Below, in pieces: positions 1 to 11,888 of a stretch of 46,966 bases of DNA. Origin of the DNA: Octopus bimaculoides (Eukaryota); contig NC_068982.1 in the NCBI RefSeq assembly GCF_001194135.2, forward strand, positions 172,808,893 through 172,855,858. The letters run 5' to 3'. The notes under the pieces are model-generated. The model saw nothing but the letters and a program-made list of their open reading frames with translations. It was not told the DNA's origin and ran no database searches. Each line of letters starts with the position of its first letter. The first letter of the stretch is position 1. The position numbers and the translations under genes are program-made.

Positions 1-335
1 ATAAATAAGAGGGGGCTGAGGACGGAACCTTGGTGGACCCCTACCTCTACCCGGAATTCATTGCTGTACTCATTTCCAACCCTCACCTTACTGGCAGCAT
101 CTCTGTACATGGCTCGCACAGCTCTCACTAACCATTCTTCTATCCCAAGTTTCCTCATTGACCACCAGATAAGGGATCGGGGGACCCTGTCAAAGGCTTT
201 CTCCATGTCAACGAAAGCCAGGTACAGAGGTTTATCCTTAGCTAGGTATTTCTCCTGCAACTGTCTCACTAGAAATAAGGCATCAGTAGTGCTTTTACCT
301 GGCACGAACCCAAACTGCATCTCATCTAAATTGAT
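1..335 (-). mobile_element. RTE-clade non-LTR retrotransposon, reverse transcriptase fragment (5'-truncated, runs off the window edge)
   Basis: Stop-free minus frame from 335 to the edge: INLDEMQFGFVPGKSTTDALFLVRQLQEKYLAKDKPLYLAFVDMEKAFDRVPRSLIWWSMRKLGIEEWLVRAVRAMYRDAASKVRVGNEYSNEFRVEVGVHQGSVLSPLLF. The QFGF, FVDxEKAFD and GVxQGSVLSPLLF motifs are typical LINE RT motifs. It is missing from the ORF track because the frame has no stop inside the window. Confidence 0.95.
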
Positions 336-639
336 GGATGCTAAATTAATATATACATCTTGGAGGGATTAGGAGCAAGTTAGCTTAGAAATATGGGTGA
401 ACTGAATTAAGCTGATAGCTTTTAACAATTTTATAGCAGTGGTTTGTAACATTGGCACTAATGTTGCAGTTGCAAATGACAGGCAGAGTAGTGGAGCCTG
501 ACTGGATTTGAACTTAGACTATGAAAGGCGGTAACTACTGCAAAGCAATTTTTTCCCATAGCGCTGTACCAAGTTTCACAAACTGCTGTCATTACATGAT
601 TACCAACAATTATTTCTGTCTAACATAGTTATAATATCA

Positions 640-836
640 TAAATTTGTTGGGAGGGGTGTAGATTATTTAATTAGCCCCAGTTACTTGGTGAGTGTTTAT
701 TCAAAATGATGACTCCAAAAGGATGAATAAAAGGCTTAGGTGGCTTTGGTAGGATATGAACTCAGAATAATGCAAATGGGTGTGACTAAATGTCAGGAAG
801 CATTTTGTCTGGAGCTCTACCATTTCTGCCATCCAC
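640..836 (-). mobile_element. SINE family C, degenerate copy
   Basis: Reverse complement aligns by eye with the family C head and core (ctgagttca, cttttattcatccttttggagtcat) seen at 15640 and 30612. Confidence 0.6.
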
Positions 837-879
837 AAGGTTCATAATAATCATAATAATGCCATGAAGGACTACAGCT

Positions 880-1280
880 TTACCATTTTCCCTTGCAGTA
901 TTCTTCTGTGAAGTTTCTGTTTCTGGAAAGTCTCTTGTGAACTTCGCAATTTCGTTTGTGGGTTTTTCCTTTCCTTTCCTTCTCTTTTCTTTCTTTCTTT
1001 CTTTCTTTGTTGTCAGATGTTAATGGGTATGAGTGTAAATTTTCTGTCTTTCTCATCTCTTCTGGGTGGGGAAGGTGGTGCTGGAAGTGTGAGCAAGGAA
1101 TGGACAGTGCTCTGTTAGTATAGGGTGGCAGTTGAAGTAGACTGTAGTCATGCCTGCCTATTGATGATTCAATGGAATGGTACACTGGTGGATGTGTGGG
1201 TGTGTCTCCCTGGCATTCTGGTGAGTTGGAACAGCAGCAGCAGCAGTGATCTGATGCCTTCTGTAGATCTGCTGTAAAAG
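880..1280 (-). CDS. Candidate terminal (or internal) coding exon of an unidentified gene
   Basis: Acceptor atttctacag|ct at 1281/1280. One frame is open for the whole exon: (x)FTADLQKASDHCCCCCSNSPECQGDTPTHPPVYHS...NKERKKERKEKERKGKTHKRNCEVHKRLSRNRNFTEEYCKGKW*, with TAA at 882-880. The same spot could instead be a tg|gtaaag donor. The other two frames stop early. Confidence 0.55.
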
Positions 1281-1353
1281 CTGTAGAAATAATTATGACT
1301 TATTAAAAAATTTTTTGTTTGTTTTTCTCTATATATATCCCCGCCCCCCCCCC

Positions 1354-1447
1354 NNNNNNNNNNNNNNNNNNNNNNNNNNNNNNNNNNNNNNNNNNNNNNN
1401 NNNNNNNNNNNNNNNNNNNNNNNNNNNNNNNNNNNNNNNNNNNNNNN
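1354..1447. other. Assembly gap; further gaps at 10219-10468, 11115-11316, 12556-12595, 16761-17187, 30387-30461, 31267-31531, 39871-40163, 45985-46078
   Basis: Runs of N, many flanked by microsatellites or homopolymers. Confidence 1.
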
Positions 1448-1450
1448 CCC

Positions 1451-1491
<41 letters not shown>

Positions 1492-1943
1492 CGTATCAAA
1501 GACCATCTGCTCACTATTTTCTCCCCTTATTTAACCCTCCATATTAAGGGTATTTGTATGTTGTTATGTTAGCTTTTTTTCTTTCTTTTTTTTTTTGTTA
1601 CGGAGGTTATTAATCTTGTGGTTTAGTTAGTGACACCCTACACAGCACACCTCCTCCAACACTATGGAAGCAAACTACCGTTGGTTGTCACAAACATACT
1701 AGTACTGTCAATGCACTGCACTGCAAAAACATTATAACTGTTGTGCATGTTTTATTGGTTAATGATTCAGTAATCAAATAAATTAGTGAAAGAAAAATCA
1801 AACAGTTTTTAATATTTTAATTATATTCACTTTTATTTTCATTCCAACCTGGTTTATTAAGGTCTTTGTAATTAATCTGAGTTAGTGTGAAAGTAATTTG
1901 TTATGACAGAGAAAATTGAAGACAAATAATAAACAACAGTAAT

Positions 1944-2155
1944 GAGCAAACAAGGAAATCTCTATACAATGTTGATCAACTTTGCTAGAAATAGCAAACA
2001 AATCTCACTGAAATCACATCCTAGACTCTTAAAAAAGTGAAGAACAAATTTGATAATGTAGTCTTTGATATAAATTGTCTGAGAAAAATACTAAATGGTT
2101 GCAGACAGGATGTCTTTGATCATTTGTGACCTGAGGCTAAACAACCACAACAAAC
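1944..2155 (+). mobile_element. SINE-like family D with an (AAC)n-type tail
   Basis: Shared core gctagaaatagcagccaaatctc, also seen at 18438-18630 (+), 31542-31753 (+), 43110-43200 (+), 9770-9897 (-) and 38745-38900 (-). This copy ends ctgaggctaaacaaccacaacaa. Confidence 0.65.
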
Positions 2156-2772
2156 ATCATCAGCATGTTTTGGAGTAATGAGGTTCTTTTCAGCTATGCA
2201 CAATCCACAACTTTTTGTACCATTTCTGAATAGTCTATATATCTTTTAAGGGTTTTCCCTTGATGTTGAAAGGGGTGGAATCTTTTTCTTTTTCTCAAAT
2301 TCCAGGCATAAATGGAAGATTTCTTTATTTCATGATAAATCTCTAATATATTATGGGATAAAGAAATGTTTGATAATATCGTTCCATGTTACTACAAAGC
2401 AAGACACGCTAGTAAATTCAAAGATAAGATCACATAAGCATGTACATCTTTCACTCTAACCATCCACCCCAACATCCAGTAGTAAAAAGGTTACTAGAGC
2501 AATCAGTTCTTACTCGGGTAATCATCCTTCATATTATATATTACATTGGTCATATCTTTCGATAATTTTTAATTGGTTGTAGAGCACTTTCAATGAATAA
2601 AATGCTTTAATTATACAAATGAAACAGCACATTGTGAAGTTCATATGGGCCTAGGTGAGTTACACACACGTGTATGTTAGATTCAATGATGCAGATAAAT
2701 TCATATGCACACACACATAAAACAAAAAATATAATCAGTTCTTTCGAAATTTCACAAGCATTATTTTTAAGA

Positions 2773-2775
<3 letters not shown>

Positions 2776-2810
<35 letters not shown>

Positions 2811-2862
2811 TCACATACATTCATATATATACTCACATATTATTTGTATTATTATTCTTATT

Positions 2863-2904
<42 letters not shown>

Positions 2905-2940
2905 CCTACATACAAATGCCTGTATGTGTGTGTGTGTGTG
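2776..2940. repeat. (TA)n/(TG)n microsatellite cluster, representative of dozens in the window
   Basis: Direct reading. Similar TA, CA, GA, TATG, CAT and AAT tracts recur throughout (for example 3615-4135, 7260-7311, 17188-17240, 24630-24702). Confidence 0.98.
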
Positions 2941-3704
2941 TTCTTTTCTGCCAGTAGTAGTCTTGTTAGCAGAAGTGTTTGGCGCAGCTTTAGGGGTGCA
3001 AGGTGGAGGGGTGGGTGAGGTAGGTTGTTTTCCTCTCTAAAGGTTTATGTATTTATTTATTGCTCCTCAACCTGCCCCTTATCCTCCTTCCACCTTCCAA
3101 CTTTCCCCCCCCCCCACCAAACTGCCCTTCCCTACTTCATCCCAGTATTTCTCCACCACCACCACCATACCAAACCTTCCTCCATCTGTATGTTTATTAC
3201 AACCACCACCACCGTCACCACTACCCAACCAACAGCATCACCAGCATCACCATCAGCAAGGCTTGGGTTATCCAATATTTGGGTAATGTAGCTGAAGCAT
3301 TGTTCCATTTAATAGAATTTATGGACATGGTTATCTGTTTGAAGTGTTGCAGATGACTGGAGGTTTTTATGATAAAAAAAAAACATAAATAAATAAATAA
3401 ATATATAAATAACTAGATAAAAACTAAATTAATGAAAGAGAGAGAGAAGGACCGGGTGGAGGAGGTTGCAAGGAGAAGGAGAAGGAGAGTAAGGCTATAT
3501 AAATGGGTGGAGTAAGAGTAAAGGGACTGAAGGAACAAATGGAAATTTTCATTGGCTTATGTGTGTATGTGTATATGTAACATGACTTGGTTTGATATTG
3601 CTTAGTGACTCTGTATGTATGTATGTATGTATGTACACGTTGGCATACATATATGCATATATCATATATATATATATATATATATGTGTCTGTGTGTCTG
3701 TATG

Positions 3705-3746
<42 letters not shown>

Positions 3747-4482
3747 TTTATAGATGCATATATATGTGTATATGTTAAAATATATGCATACATATGTGTT
3801 TGTGTTAAAATGTATAAGCATACATGTGTATATATTAAGATATATATTTATGCGTGTGTATCTGTATGTATGTATGTATAATATATTTTTAGATTCATGG
3901 ATGCATGTGCTCACAAAAAGTGACGCATGTGTGCATCTATGTGTGTGTGTATGTGCATATATTTATATATATTTTTGTGTGTGTGGGTGTGTATGTATAT
4001 CTGAATATGCATGTGTGTGCATATGTTGATATGTATGTGCGTACGTATATCTGAATATGTGTATGTGTGTGTGTGTATATATATATATACATATATATAT
4101 AATGTATGTGTGTATATATGCGTGTGTGTATCCATGACCATGCTTGTGTATATGTATTATTAGATGTATAAATGTACAGCTGTATGTAACTACATACAAT
4201 GCTCTTGGTGTTAAAATGGAAATGAAAGAATGGAAGAATACATAGAAGCGTAGTTTGTTTGTTCGTTTGTTGTTTCCATATTTGTGTCTCTATGTAAACT
4301 ATTTCAACTTCATTTTGATATTTTAAAACAAATCTTTTTATTCATTTATTTAGATTTTTTTTTTTAGATTTTTTATTAAACATTTTTACTTTTTTTTTTC
4401 TTCCTTTTCTTGTTGCAGATTGAATACATTTAGTAGATATAGATTGTATTTTAATGTTTCTGTATCCACATATGCACATACG

Positions 4483-4521
<39 letters not shown>

Positions 4522-4770
4522 GTATGTATGTATATGTGTGTGTAATGGCTTTTCTAGAAAAAGAGAAGAATCCTGTTACTTTGTTGACATGCAAAAATCT
4601 CAGTGTTTCACCACATTACTAAACATAACCAAATATTTTCATATTGTAGTAAAGATGGGAAGGTTTGGTTTTCATGCATTTGTTTATAGTATTTCTAGCA
4701 GGATAGCTGAAATAGAAGATCTGCCACCAAGAACCTGAAACTTTGCTTCTCGTCAAAAAATATGTATCTG

Positions 4771-5163
4771 TTTTACTGGTTACTTATTTCAGCCATTGGA
4801 CTGTGAGTGTGCTGGGGGCACCACCTTGAAGGGTCTCAGTCAAATGAATCAACCCTAGCGTTTTTGTTTCTTTTTGTTTCAAAGCCTGGTACTTATTTTG
4901 TCGGTCTCGTTTTTGCAAAACTGGCTAATTACAAGACCCAAAACAAACCAAAACTGGTTGTCGAGCAGGGGTGGACAACAAACATGCACACACACACACA
5001 CACGCACGCACGCACTGGGCTCCTTCCACATTCTGTCTTCAGAATCCACTCAAGAGGCTTCTATAGTAGAAGACACATGCCCAAAGTGCTGCTACCGTGT
5101 GACTGAACCTAGAACCATGTGGTTGGGAAACAAACCTCTTGTCACACAGCCATACTTGTACCT
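4771..5163 (-). mobile_element. SINE family A (tRNA-derived head, CORE-like block, internal CA tract), diverged full-length copy
   Basis: Reverse complement is collinear with the 45202-45596 copy from the head (ggctgtgtg...gtttcccaaccacatggttc) to the tail (caatggctgaaataagtaa). Confidence 0.85.
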
Positions 5164-5797
5164 ATATATATATATGTGTGTGTGTGTGTATATAATTTAA
5201 TGTTGGTTTTTATGCTCACTTATATTAAAAACAATTGTACATTAATCTGATGGGGGTTACTCTATACTTTTGTAGAGTACAAATTCATTATATTCGTAAA
5301 CAAGAATGTTGTTGACAGTGACTTCGAAGTTCTGGCTGGCTAAGCCATTGTTATTTTTGTACTAATGGCCATCGTTCACAAATGCACATTCACATTTTTA
5401 TTTATATCCTCACACATAAATACACCCACTTGCCATATATGGATGCCTACTGCTCCTACTCATCATGCATGAAGACGTATAAGGATATCTTGAACTTGAT
5501 GCATTTGAACTCACTTACAACGCACCTGTATGTGCTTATATATATACATATATATATATATATATAGGTAGATAGATAGACACATACATACACACTTAGT
5601 AGATACATCGTTTGAAGTAGATCCTTATACAAGGATTCATGTCCATTAAAGTTTATGCACATACAGGCTCAGACACACACACACACACACACATACACTA
5701 ACATCGACTTATTGCTAGAATTAAAAGCATACAAACACACAAAAAGCGAAAACACCAGCAAGAATTTAAATATAGTCACAAAACCAGATGTTAGTAT

Positions 5798-5833
<36 letters not shown>

Positions 5834-6068
5834 ACAAGCAAAGAGACAGACGCACACACACTTTTAATTACACATACATATATATATGCTATTTATTGTT
5901 CCCTATTGTTCCTCAATGTTTTTTTGTTTTGTTTTGTTTTTGTTTTTTTGATAGATAGAGACAGAGAGATCTCTAATTAACTGAATTCTTGAAATTTTCA
6001 ACTGTTTATTTTTTTTTTTTATGTTTTGTTTTGTTTTTTGTTTAGTTTTTGCTTTCTTCTTTCTTAAC

Positions 6069-6118
6069 CTGAGGACACTGAAACAGATTTGCAGCCACAA
6101 GTGAATTTCATTTTCTCT
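6069..6118 (-). CDS. Candidate 50-nt exon
   Basis: gttcttcag|AGAG...CCTCAG|gttaag. The frame EKMKFTCGCKSVSVSS ends in phase 1, which joins the 1280 exon in frame (G|CT = Ala). Confidence 0.4.
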
Positions 6119-6248
6119 CTGAAGAACATTGACTGAATTTTATAACATCGCGCGCGCGCACGCACACACACACACACACGCACGCACCTCTGTATGTGCA
6201 CATATGCATGTATATCTCTATCTGTGCGTATGTATATATATATATATA

Positions 6249-6645
6249 TATCATCATCATCATCGTTTAACGTCCGCTTTCCATGCTAGCATGGGTTGGA
6301 CGATATATAGATAAATATATAATAATAATTATAAAAATAATAATAATGATATATATATATGTGTGTGTGTGTGTGGTGGATTCACCTGTTGAAGATGATA
6401 CATACGCATATCATCATCATCATCATGATGCTGGCATGAGTTGGATGGTTGGACCAGGGCTGGCAAGCTGAAAGGCTGCATGAGACTCCAGTCTGAATTG
6501 GCATGATTTTCTATGGCTGGATGCCCTTTCTAATGCCAGCCACTCCGAGAATGTGTAATGGGTGCTTTTACATGCCACCAGCATGACACCAGTATCTGCC
6601 ACAACAGTGATTTTACTTGGTTTGATGGGACTTCTTCTCAAGCAA
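6249..6645 (-). mobile_element. SINE family B (RTE-related, (GAT)n tail): two nested or adjacent fragments
   Basis: catcatcgtttaacgtccgctttccatgctagcatgggttggacg at 6258-6302, and a second (cat)n-led copy from about 6410 containing ggctggatgccctttctaatgccagccactcc. Both match the reverse complement of 41390-41862. Confidence 0.85.
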
Positions 6646-6680
6646 TATTGACCGTTGACTGAACACTATTCAATTTTTTT

Positions 6681-6837
6681 TCTCCGTGTTTTTCTCCTTG
6701 TCTCCGTATTCTTTCTGTTGAAGAGCGTATCTCGAAACGTCAAAGACTTTCCGTATTCCCGAGCGTCATACTAATATATACTTTTGTTATTTACACCACC
6801 TGTCCTCGTCTGTTGTTATTATTTGTATATTCTCCCA
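6681..6837 (+). mobile_element. Penelope-like (PLE) terminal-repeat remnant
   Basis: Contains tgaagagcgtatctcgaaacgtc, the TGAnGA...GAAACG pattern typical of PLE pseudo-LTR ends, and runs into a (TA)n tract. Confidence 0.65.
6710..6746 (+). ncRNA. Minimal type I hammerhead ribozyme-like motif (core variant)
   Basis: Helix I tcttt/aaaga; core CTGTTGA (A6 changed to U); extra A; helix II gag-cgtat-ctc; GAAA; palindromic ACGT helix III; GUC cleavage triplet. Confidence 0.5.
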
Positions 6838-7255
6838 TATATATATATATATATATACATACATACGCACATGTATGTGTATCATGCAGACATTTAGATC
6901 CATGTGTGTATGGTTGTCTGAGTATATTCATGTAATAATCTCTACAGTTATCAAATATACTTAAGTGGCTTTATTTCATTGGTCAGTCCTCTGTTCATTA
7001 GACTGTGTGAGCATGTCTTGATAGATGTGTGTGTGTGTGAGTTATCAGAGACCTCTATACAAGCACTGTTGCAAGTTTCCAATTGGAACTCTCTCTTTGG
7101 TTTTGTTTATTCTATTTATTTTTCATTTTTGTTTTTTTTTAACAAACCTATTTATCACAGCTTTGTAATAATTCCTAGCTTCTCTTTAAGAAATTTATTT
7201 TTTGTTTGGCAGTTTACAAAAAAAAAAAATCTATATATGTACAGAGTAACATGTA

Positions 7256-7311
<56 letters not shown>

Positions 7312-7315
<4 letters not shown>

Positions 7316-7482
7316 GAAGGTTTGAAAATGCACTTATTTTTAAAAAATATTTATTTACTTAACCGGTTTCACTTTTTTAGAAAAAGATTATCAAAAGTCT
7401 TTGAGAATAATAAAAAATGTTAAAAAACAGTTTGAGTATTAAAATGCATATATACATTCTTTGATGATAAAATATATTTAAA

Positions 7483-7483
<1 letters not shown>
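7312..7483 (-). mobile_element. About 170-bp PLE/retrozyme-like element embedded in (TA)n
   Basis: Non-repetitive block between two TA tracts, carrying a hammerhead-like core ending gaaaccggttaagtaaataaa. Confidence 0.55.
7357..7398 (-). ncRNA. Minimal type I hammerhead ribozyme-like motif with a U3-A8 pair
   Basis: Minus strand reads actt-TTGATAA-tctttttctaaaaaagt-GAAA-CCGG-T-T-aagt. This gives a 4-bp helix I, a helix II of ctttt/aaaag (U-U at its base), a palindromic ACCGGT helix III and a GUU triplet. Confidence 0.6.
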
Positions 7484-7525
<42 letters not shown>

Positions 7526-7929
7526 AATGTTTGTGTGCATATGTATAGATGTGTGTGTATACAAACATACATCCTGGCAAATGTGAAAATTCACAATTGT
7601 GGACTTTTAACGGATAGACACGTGCACGGCCATAAATATATACATAAGTGTGTGTATGTGTATCAAAATGTCTTTGTGTATACACATATACATACATGCA
7701 TGCATGGATAAATTGCATATACTCATGTAAGTACAAATTGCAATATGGTCTTTCAATCATACATGCATTTACACTCCCTCTCATACATTCATATGTAGTT
7801 TTGTATTGACATCCGTATATTTTTCTGTCATGTTTAGCAACAAAAACCATTATTCAGATCTATAAAGTCAACATCTCATTGCCTCTCCCTGTGTCCAACT
7901 TACTCTTCCCCCAGTCTCTCTTTCTGTCC

Positions 7930-7961
<32 letters not shown>

Positions 7962-8124
7962 TTCTCTCTTTATTTCATTCTTCTTAACCCCTCTCCACAG
8001 TCCACCTCATTTTATGTCTCCCATTTGGACTTCCACCCCTGCCCATACTTTTTGTCCTCACTCTTGTCAGGTGGTGTGCTGTTGTCGACGTGCATTTGTC
8101 TGCTTGCATGCATGTGTTTGCAAC

Positions 8125-8156
<32 letters not shown>

Positions 8157-10097
8157 ATAAATTTATGTGCATGTATGTGCTTTTATATATATATATATAT
8201 ATATGTATAATGTCTGCATGTCAGAATATGTGTACATGGATGTGAATTGTACATATGCTTTTGTGTGGGCATGCACATGGTCTCTGGGGTGGGAGAAGTT
8301 AATAATAGCTAAGACCGTATGTATGTGTTTGCATATATCTGTGTGTGTGTGTTTGTGTAAGTGTAATATCTTATGGTGTAAAAGTTGGCTGGCAGCCCGA
8401 TGTTAATGCTACTTCAGCCTAGTTCCACTGGTGCGCACACTCTTGTACACTGCTCATCGCATCATACTCCTCTCTTTCTCTCTCTCTCTCTCTCTCTTCC
8501 CCCTCTCTCTCTTTCTTCCCCCCTCTCTCTGTCTTTCTCTCTCTCCATCCCTGTATTCGTATATCTCACATACGCACATGCATGCACACATTGGTTCCCT
8601 TTGATCTACAGCTCGATCGTTTAAATTTTGCTTAGTAACACAAAGGATGATTTCTGCCTCTCCCCCTACCCCCTGTCACCATCGTTTGATCAGTTGTAGA
8701 GTTAGCGTTGATGATGATGGTGGTGGTGGTTATGGCTGCCAATAGGAAGGTAATACTCACGCTACTGAAAATGTTGTCAATGTTATTACTGACAACAACA
8801 ACAACAACAACAGTGTTGGATGCTAATTGTTTCTTTGGTGGTAGTGATTGTTATTTAACCCCAGGTTGGTTCATGATTGAACAGATGTGAGTTGGTCTAG
8901 TTATAGCCATCCCGTGTTTTATTTCAGATCCTATACGCAATGTGTCCTCTCTTTGTTTTAAGATTGAAGGTAGTAATCCGTTGATGACTTAGCTTCTATT
9001 TCCAGCAGGTGATGTGTTGATATAAAAACTCTGCTGGTTGACAATAACGAATAGCTAAGTTGTAATATTGGTAATGGTACTTGCTTGAGTCGGTTGCATT
9101 TATTGCTAGTGATGTGAAGAAGTGTGGAGATCGTACATGCTGGAAATACTTGATAGTATCCTGGCAGTTGCACATTATATTGGCAACAAGGATGGTAATG
9201 CTAAAACGATTGTTCACACTAGTGAATTTTGCCACCTACTACTTTTTTGTAGTTGGCCAGACCGCATGTACCCTACAGAAGGAACTTCACAGCACCTTTT
9301 CTCTCAGAACTGAGCAAAGCGATTGGGTCAGAACATAGTATTCAATCAATTTCAAATGCTTTGCTTGTTGGTCCTTGCCTTCACTGTACTTGTGAATCTG
9401 TTTTTCAGGCAGCTTTGTTTGAGAATCATTCACATCTATTCACCATATCCAAGAAAGGTGTCAGCTATGACCGAAGCACCTACTGACCATATTTTATCAG
9501 ATGATAATGAGTCTTATAGCCCTTGTAGTTATAAGAACACTAATGCTTTTTCATGTTGTTGTGTGTGCTCTATTTAGAGGATGCCATGTCTGAACGTTCA
9601 TGATAAGAAGTTATCCTAATTGTGCTTTGATATCTTTAAATCAGCATCCTCGATTTTGTTGTTATAGTCATGTTATTTTGGCCATTGTATTCTTCAACCT
9701 TTATGACTTTCAGACTAAATCCTGGTATGGAAAACCTAATATCAGCCCCTGTGGGTTTAAAAAAGGGTCAGGTTATGAATGATATATCAAGGACTACATT
9801 ATCCAGTGTCTCTTTCTTCTAAAACAACAGGATGTGGTTTGAAGGAGATTTGCTGCTATATCTAGCAGGCTGAGTGACCATGCAGAGGCTCCCTCGTTAG
9901 ATTATGGTTTATATGTAGAAATCTGGTGGAACTTAAATCTGTTGATGTCTTTTCTTCTTACATCGTTAGTGGTTGTGACTTGTTCTTGCAGCAGACTTCA
10001 TCCAAAATCAAAAGTTGGCTGCCCTTGACATTAACAAAAGTCTTTTGTTGTTTCTCGCATATGAATTCATAAAGCCGACTCTAACCACCTGGATTAG

Positions 10098-10600
10098 AAT
10101 TTCTCTCTCTCTCTCTCTCTCTCTCCCCCTCTCTCTCCGTATGTCTCTCTCTCTTTCTCTCTCTCTCTCTCCCCCTCTCTCTCTGTATGTCTCTCTCTCT
10201 CTCTCTGTATGTCTCTCTNNNNNNNNNNNNNNNNNNNNNNNNNNNNNNNNNNNNNNNNNNNNNNNNNNNNNNNNNNNNNNNNNNNNNNNNNNNNNNNNNN
10301 NNNNNNNNNNNNNNNNNNNNNNNNNNNNNNNNNNNNNNNNNNNNNNNNNNNNNNNNNNNNNNNNNNNNNNNNNNNNNNNNNNNNNNNNNNNNNNNNNNNN
10401 NNNNNNNNNNNNNNNNNNNNNNNNNNNNNNNNNNNNNNNNNNNNNNNNNNNNNNNNNNNNNNNNNNNNTCTCTCTCTCTCTCTCCCCCTCTCTCTCTGTA
10501 TGTCTCTCTCTCTCTCTGTGTATGTCTCTCTCTCTCTCTCTCTCTGTATGTCTCTCTCTCTCTCTGTATGTCTCTCTCTCTCTCTCCCCCCTCTCTCTCT
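10098..10600. repeat. Compound (CT)n minisatellite punctuated by gtatgt, spanning a gap
   Basis: Unit ctctctctctctgtatgt repeated on both sides of the gap. Confidence 0.9.
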
Positions 10601-11059
10601 AAATCTTTGGTGGTTTATGAGTAGCATGGCTGGGATTTTGTTTCTTTTCCTGTGGAAAGTTATGGTAGTTATTCTCTACATATGCATATGGTGTTTATGT
10701 ATGTGATTATCTGTATGTATGTATGTATGTATGTATGTATGTATGTACGTATATATTTATGCATTAATCAATGGTTGTTCAGTGTATGTGGTAGGTGAGA
10801 AAGGAGAGCTGGTGTGTTTTTTCTTTTACTATTTCACCCCTTTCATGTTATATAATAATTCTTGTTCTCTTAACTTACCTTACATTACTCCTTGCACTTC
10901 TTTCTCTCCCCATTCCCCCCCCCATTGTTAACTGTCTTGTCTTTCCAGGTTTGCCCCCCTCCCCTTCAACTCACACTTTCCCTCTTATTAATGTTCCTGA
11001 CTTTATTTTATGTTTTGTTTACTCTCCTTCTTTTATTCTCTCACTCTATCTTCTTGGCA

Positions 11060-11090
<31 letters not shown>

Positions 11091-11888
11091 CCTTTGTCCT
11101 GTTCCCCCCTTGTTNNNNNNNNNNNNNNNNNNNNNNNNNNNNNNNNNNNNNNNNNNNNNNNNNNNNNNNNNNNNNNNNNNNNNNNNNNNNNNNNNNNNNN
11201 NNNNNNNNNNNNNNNNNNNNNNNNNNNNNNNNNNNNNNNNNNNNNNNNNNNNNNNNNNNNNNNNNNNNNNNNNNNNNNNNNNNNNNNNNNNNNNNNNNNN
11301 NNNNNNNNNNNNNNNNTTTTTTTTTCTGTCATGTTTAGCCTTCCATTCTCTACTTTTATCTTCTCCCACTGCCACTCTCCACTTGCTCTCTCTCCTTTGT
11401 TTATTTTTACTATTTACCTTACCTTACCCTTCTTCTTCTTCCCTTTCTCTCTTTACCCCCCCTGCTCTCTCTCTCTCTCTCTCTCATTTTATCTATTCTC
11501 TCCTTCTCTTTGCCTCACTCTACCCCCACCTACCTTGCTTCTTTGTTATTCCATTTCTAATACTTTCATACAGCAGTTTTCTCTCTCTCTCCTTGCTCTG
11601 TCTCTCTAGTTGTCTGTTCAGTTCTCCTTACTCTCCTGCTCTTAATTTTTGATCTTTATATCTTCTTGCTGTACTCTCCTCCCGCAGTGTGTATCCCATG
11701 AAATTACACCCAGGCCACCCAGCATACAATTCCTATATTTTCCAAGCCACCCACCCAACCATCTCCCTCTTTTACTAGCTTATATCTGTACCTGCCCACC
11801 CCTTTGTCAGTACCCGAAATCCCAGACCCAGACCTTGTGTTTTCTTTTCTTTACCACCCATGCTCCCTCTTTCTTTATAAAACGAAGC

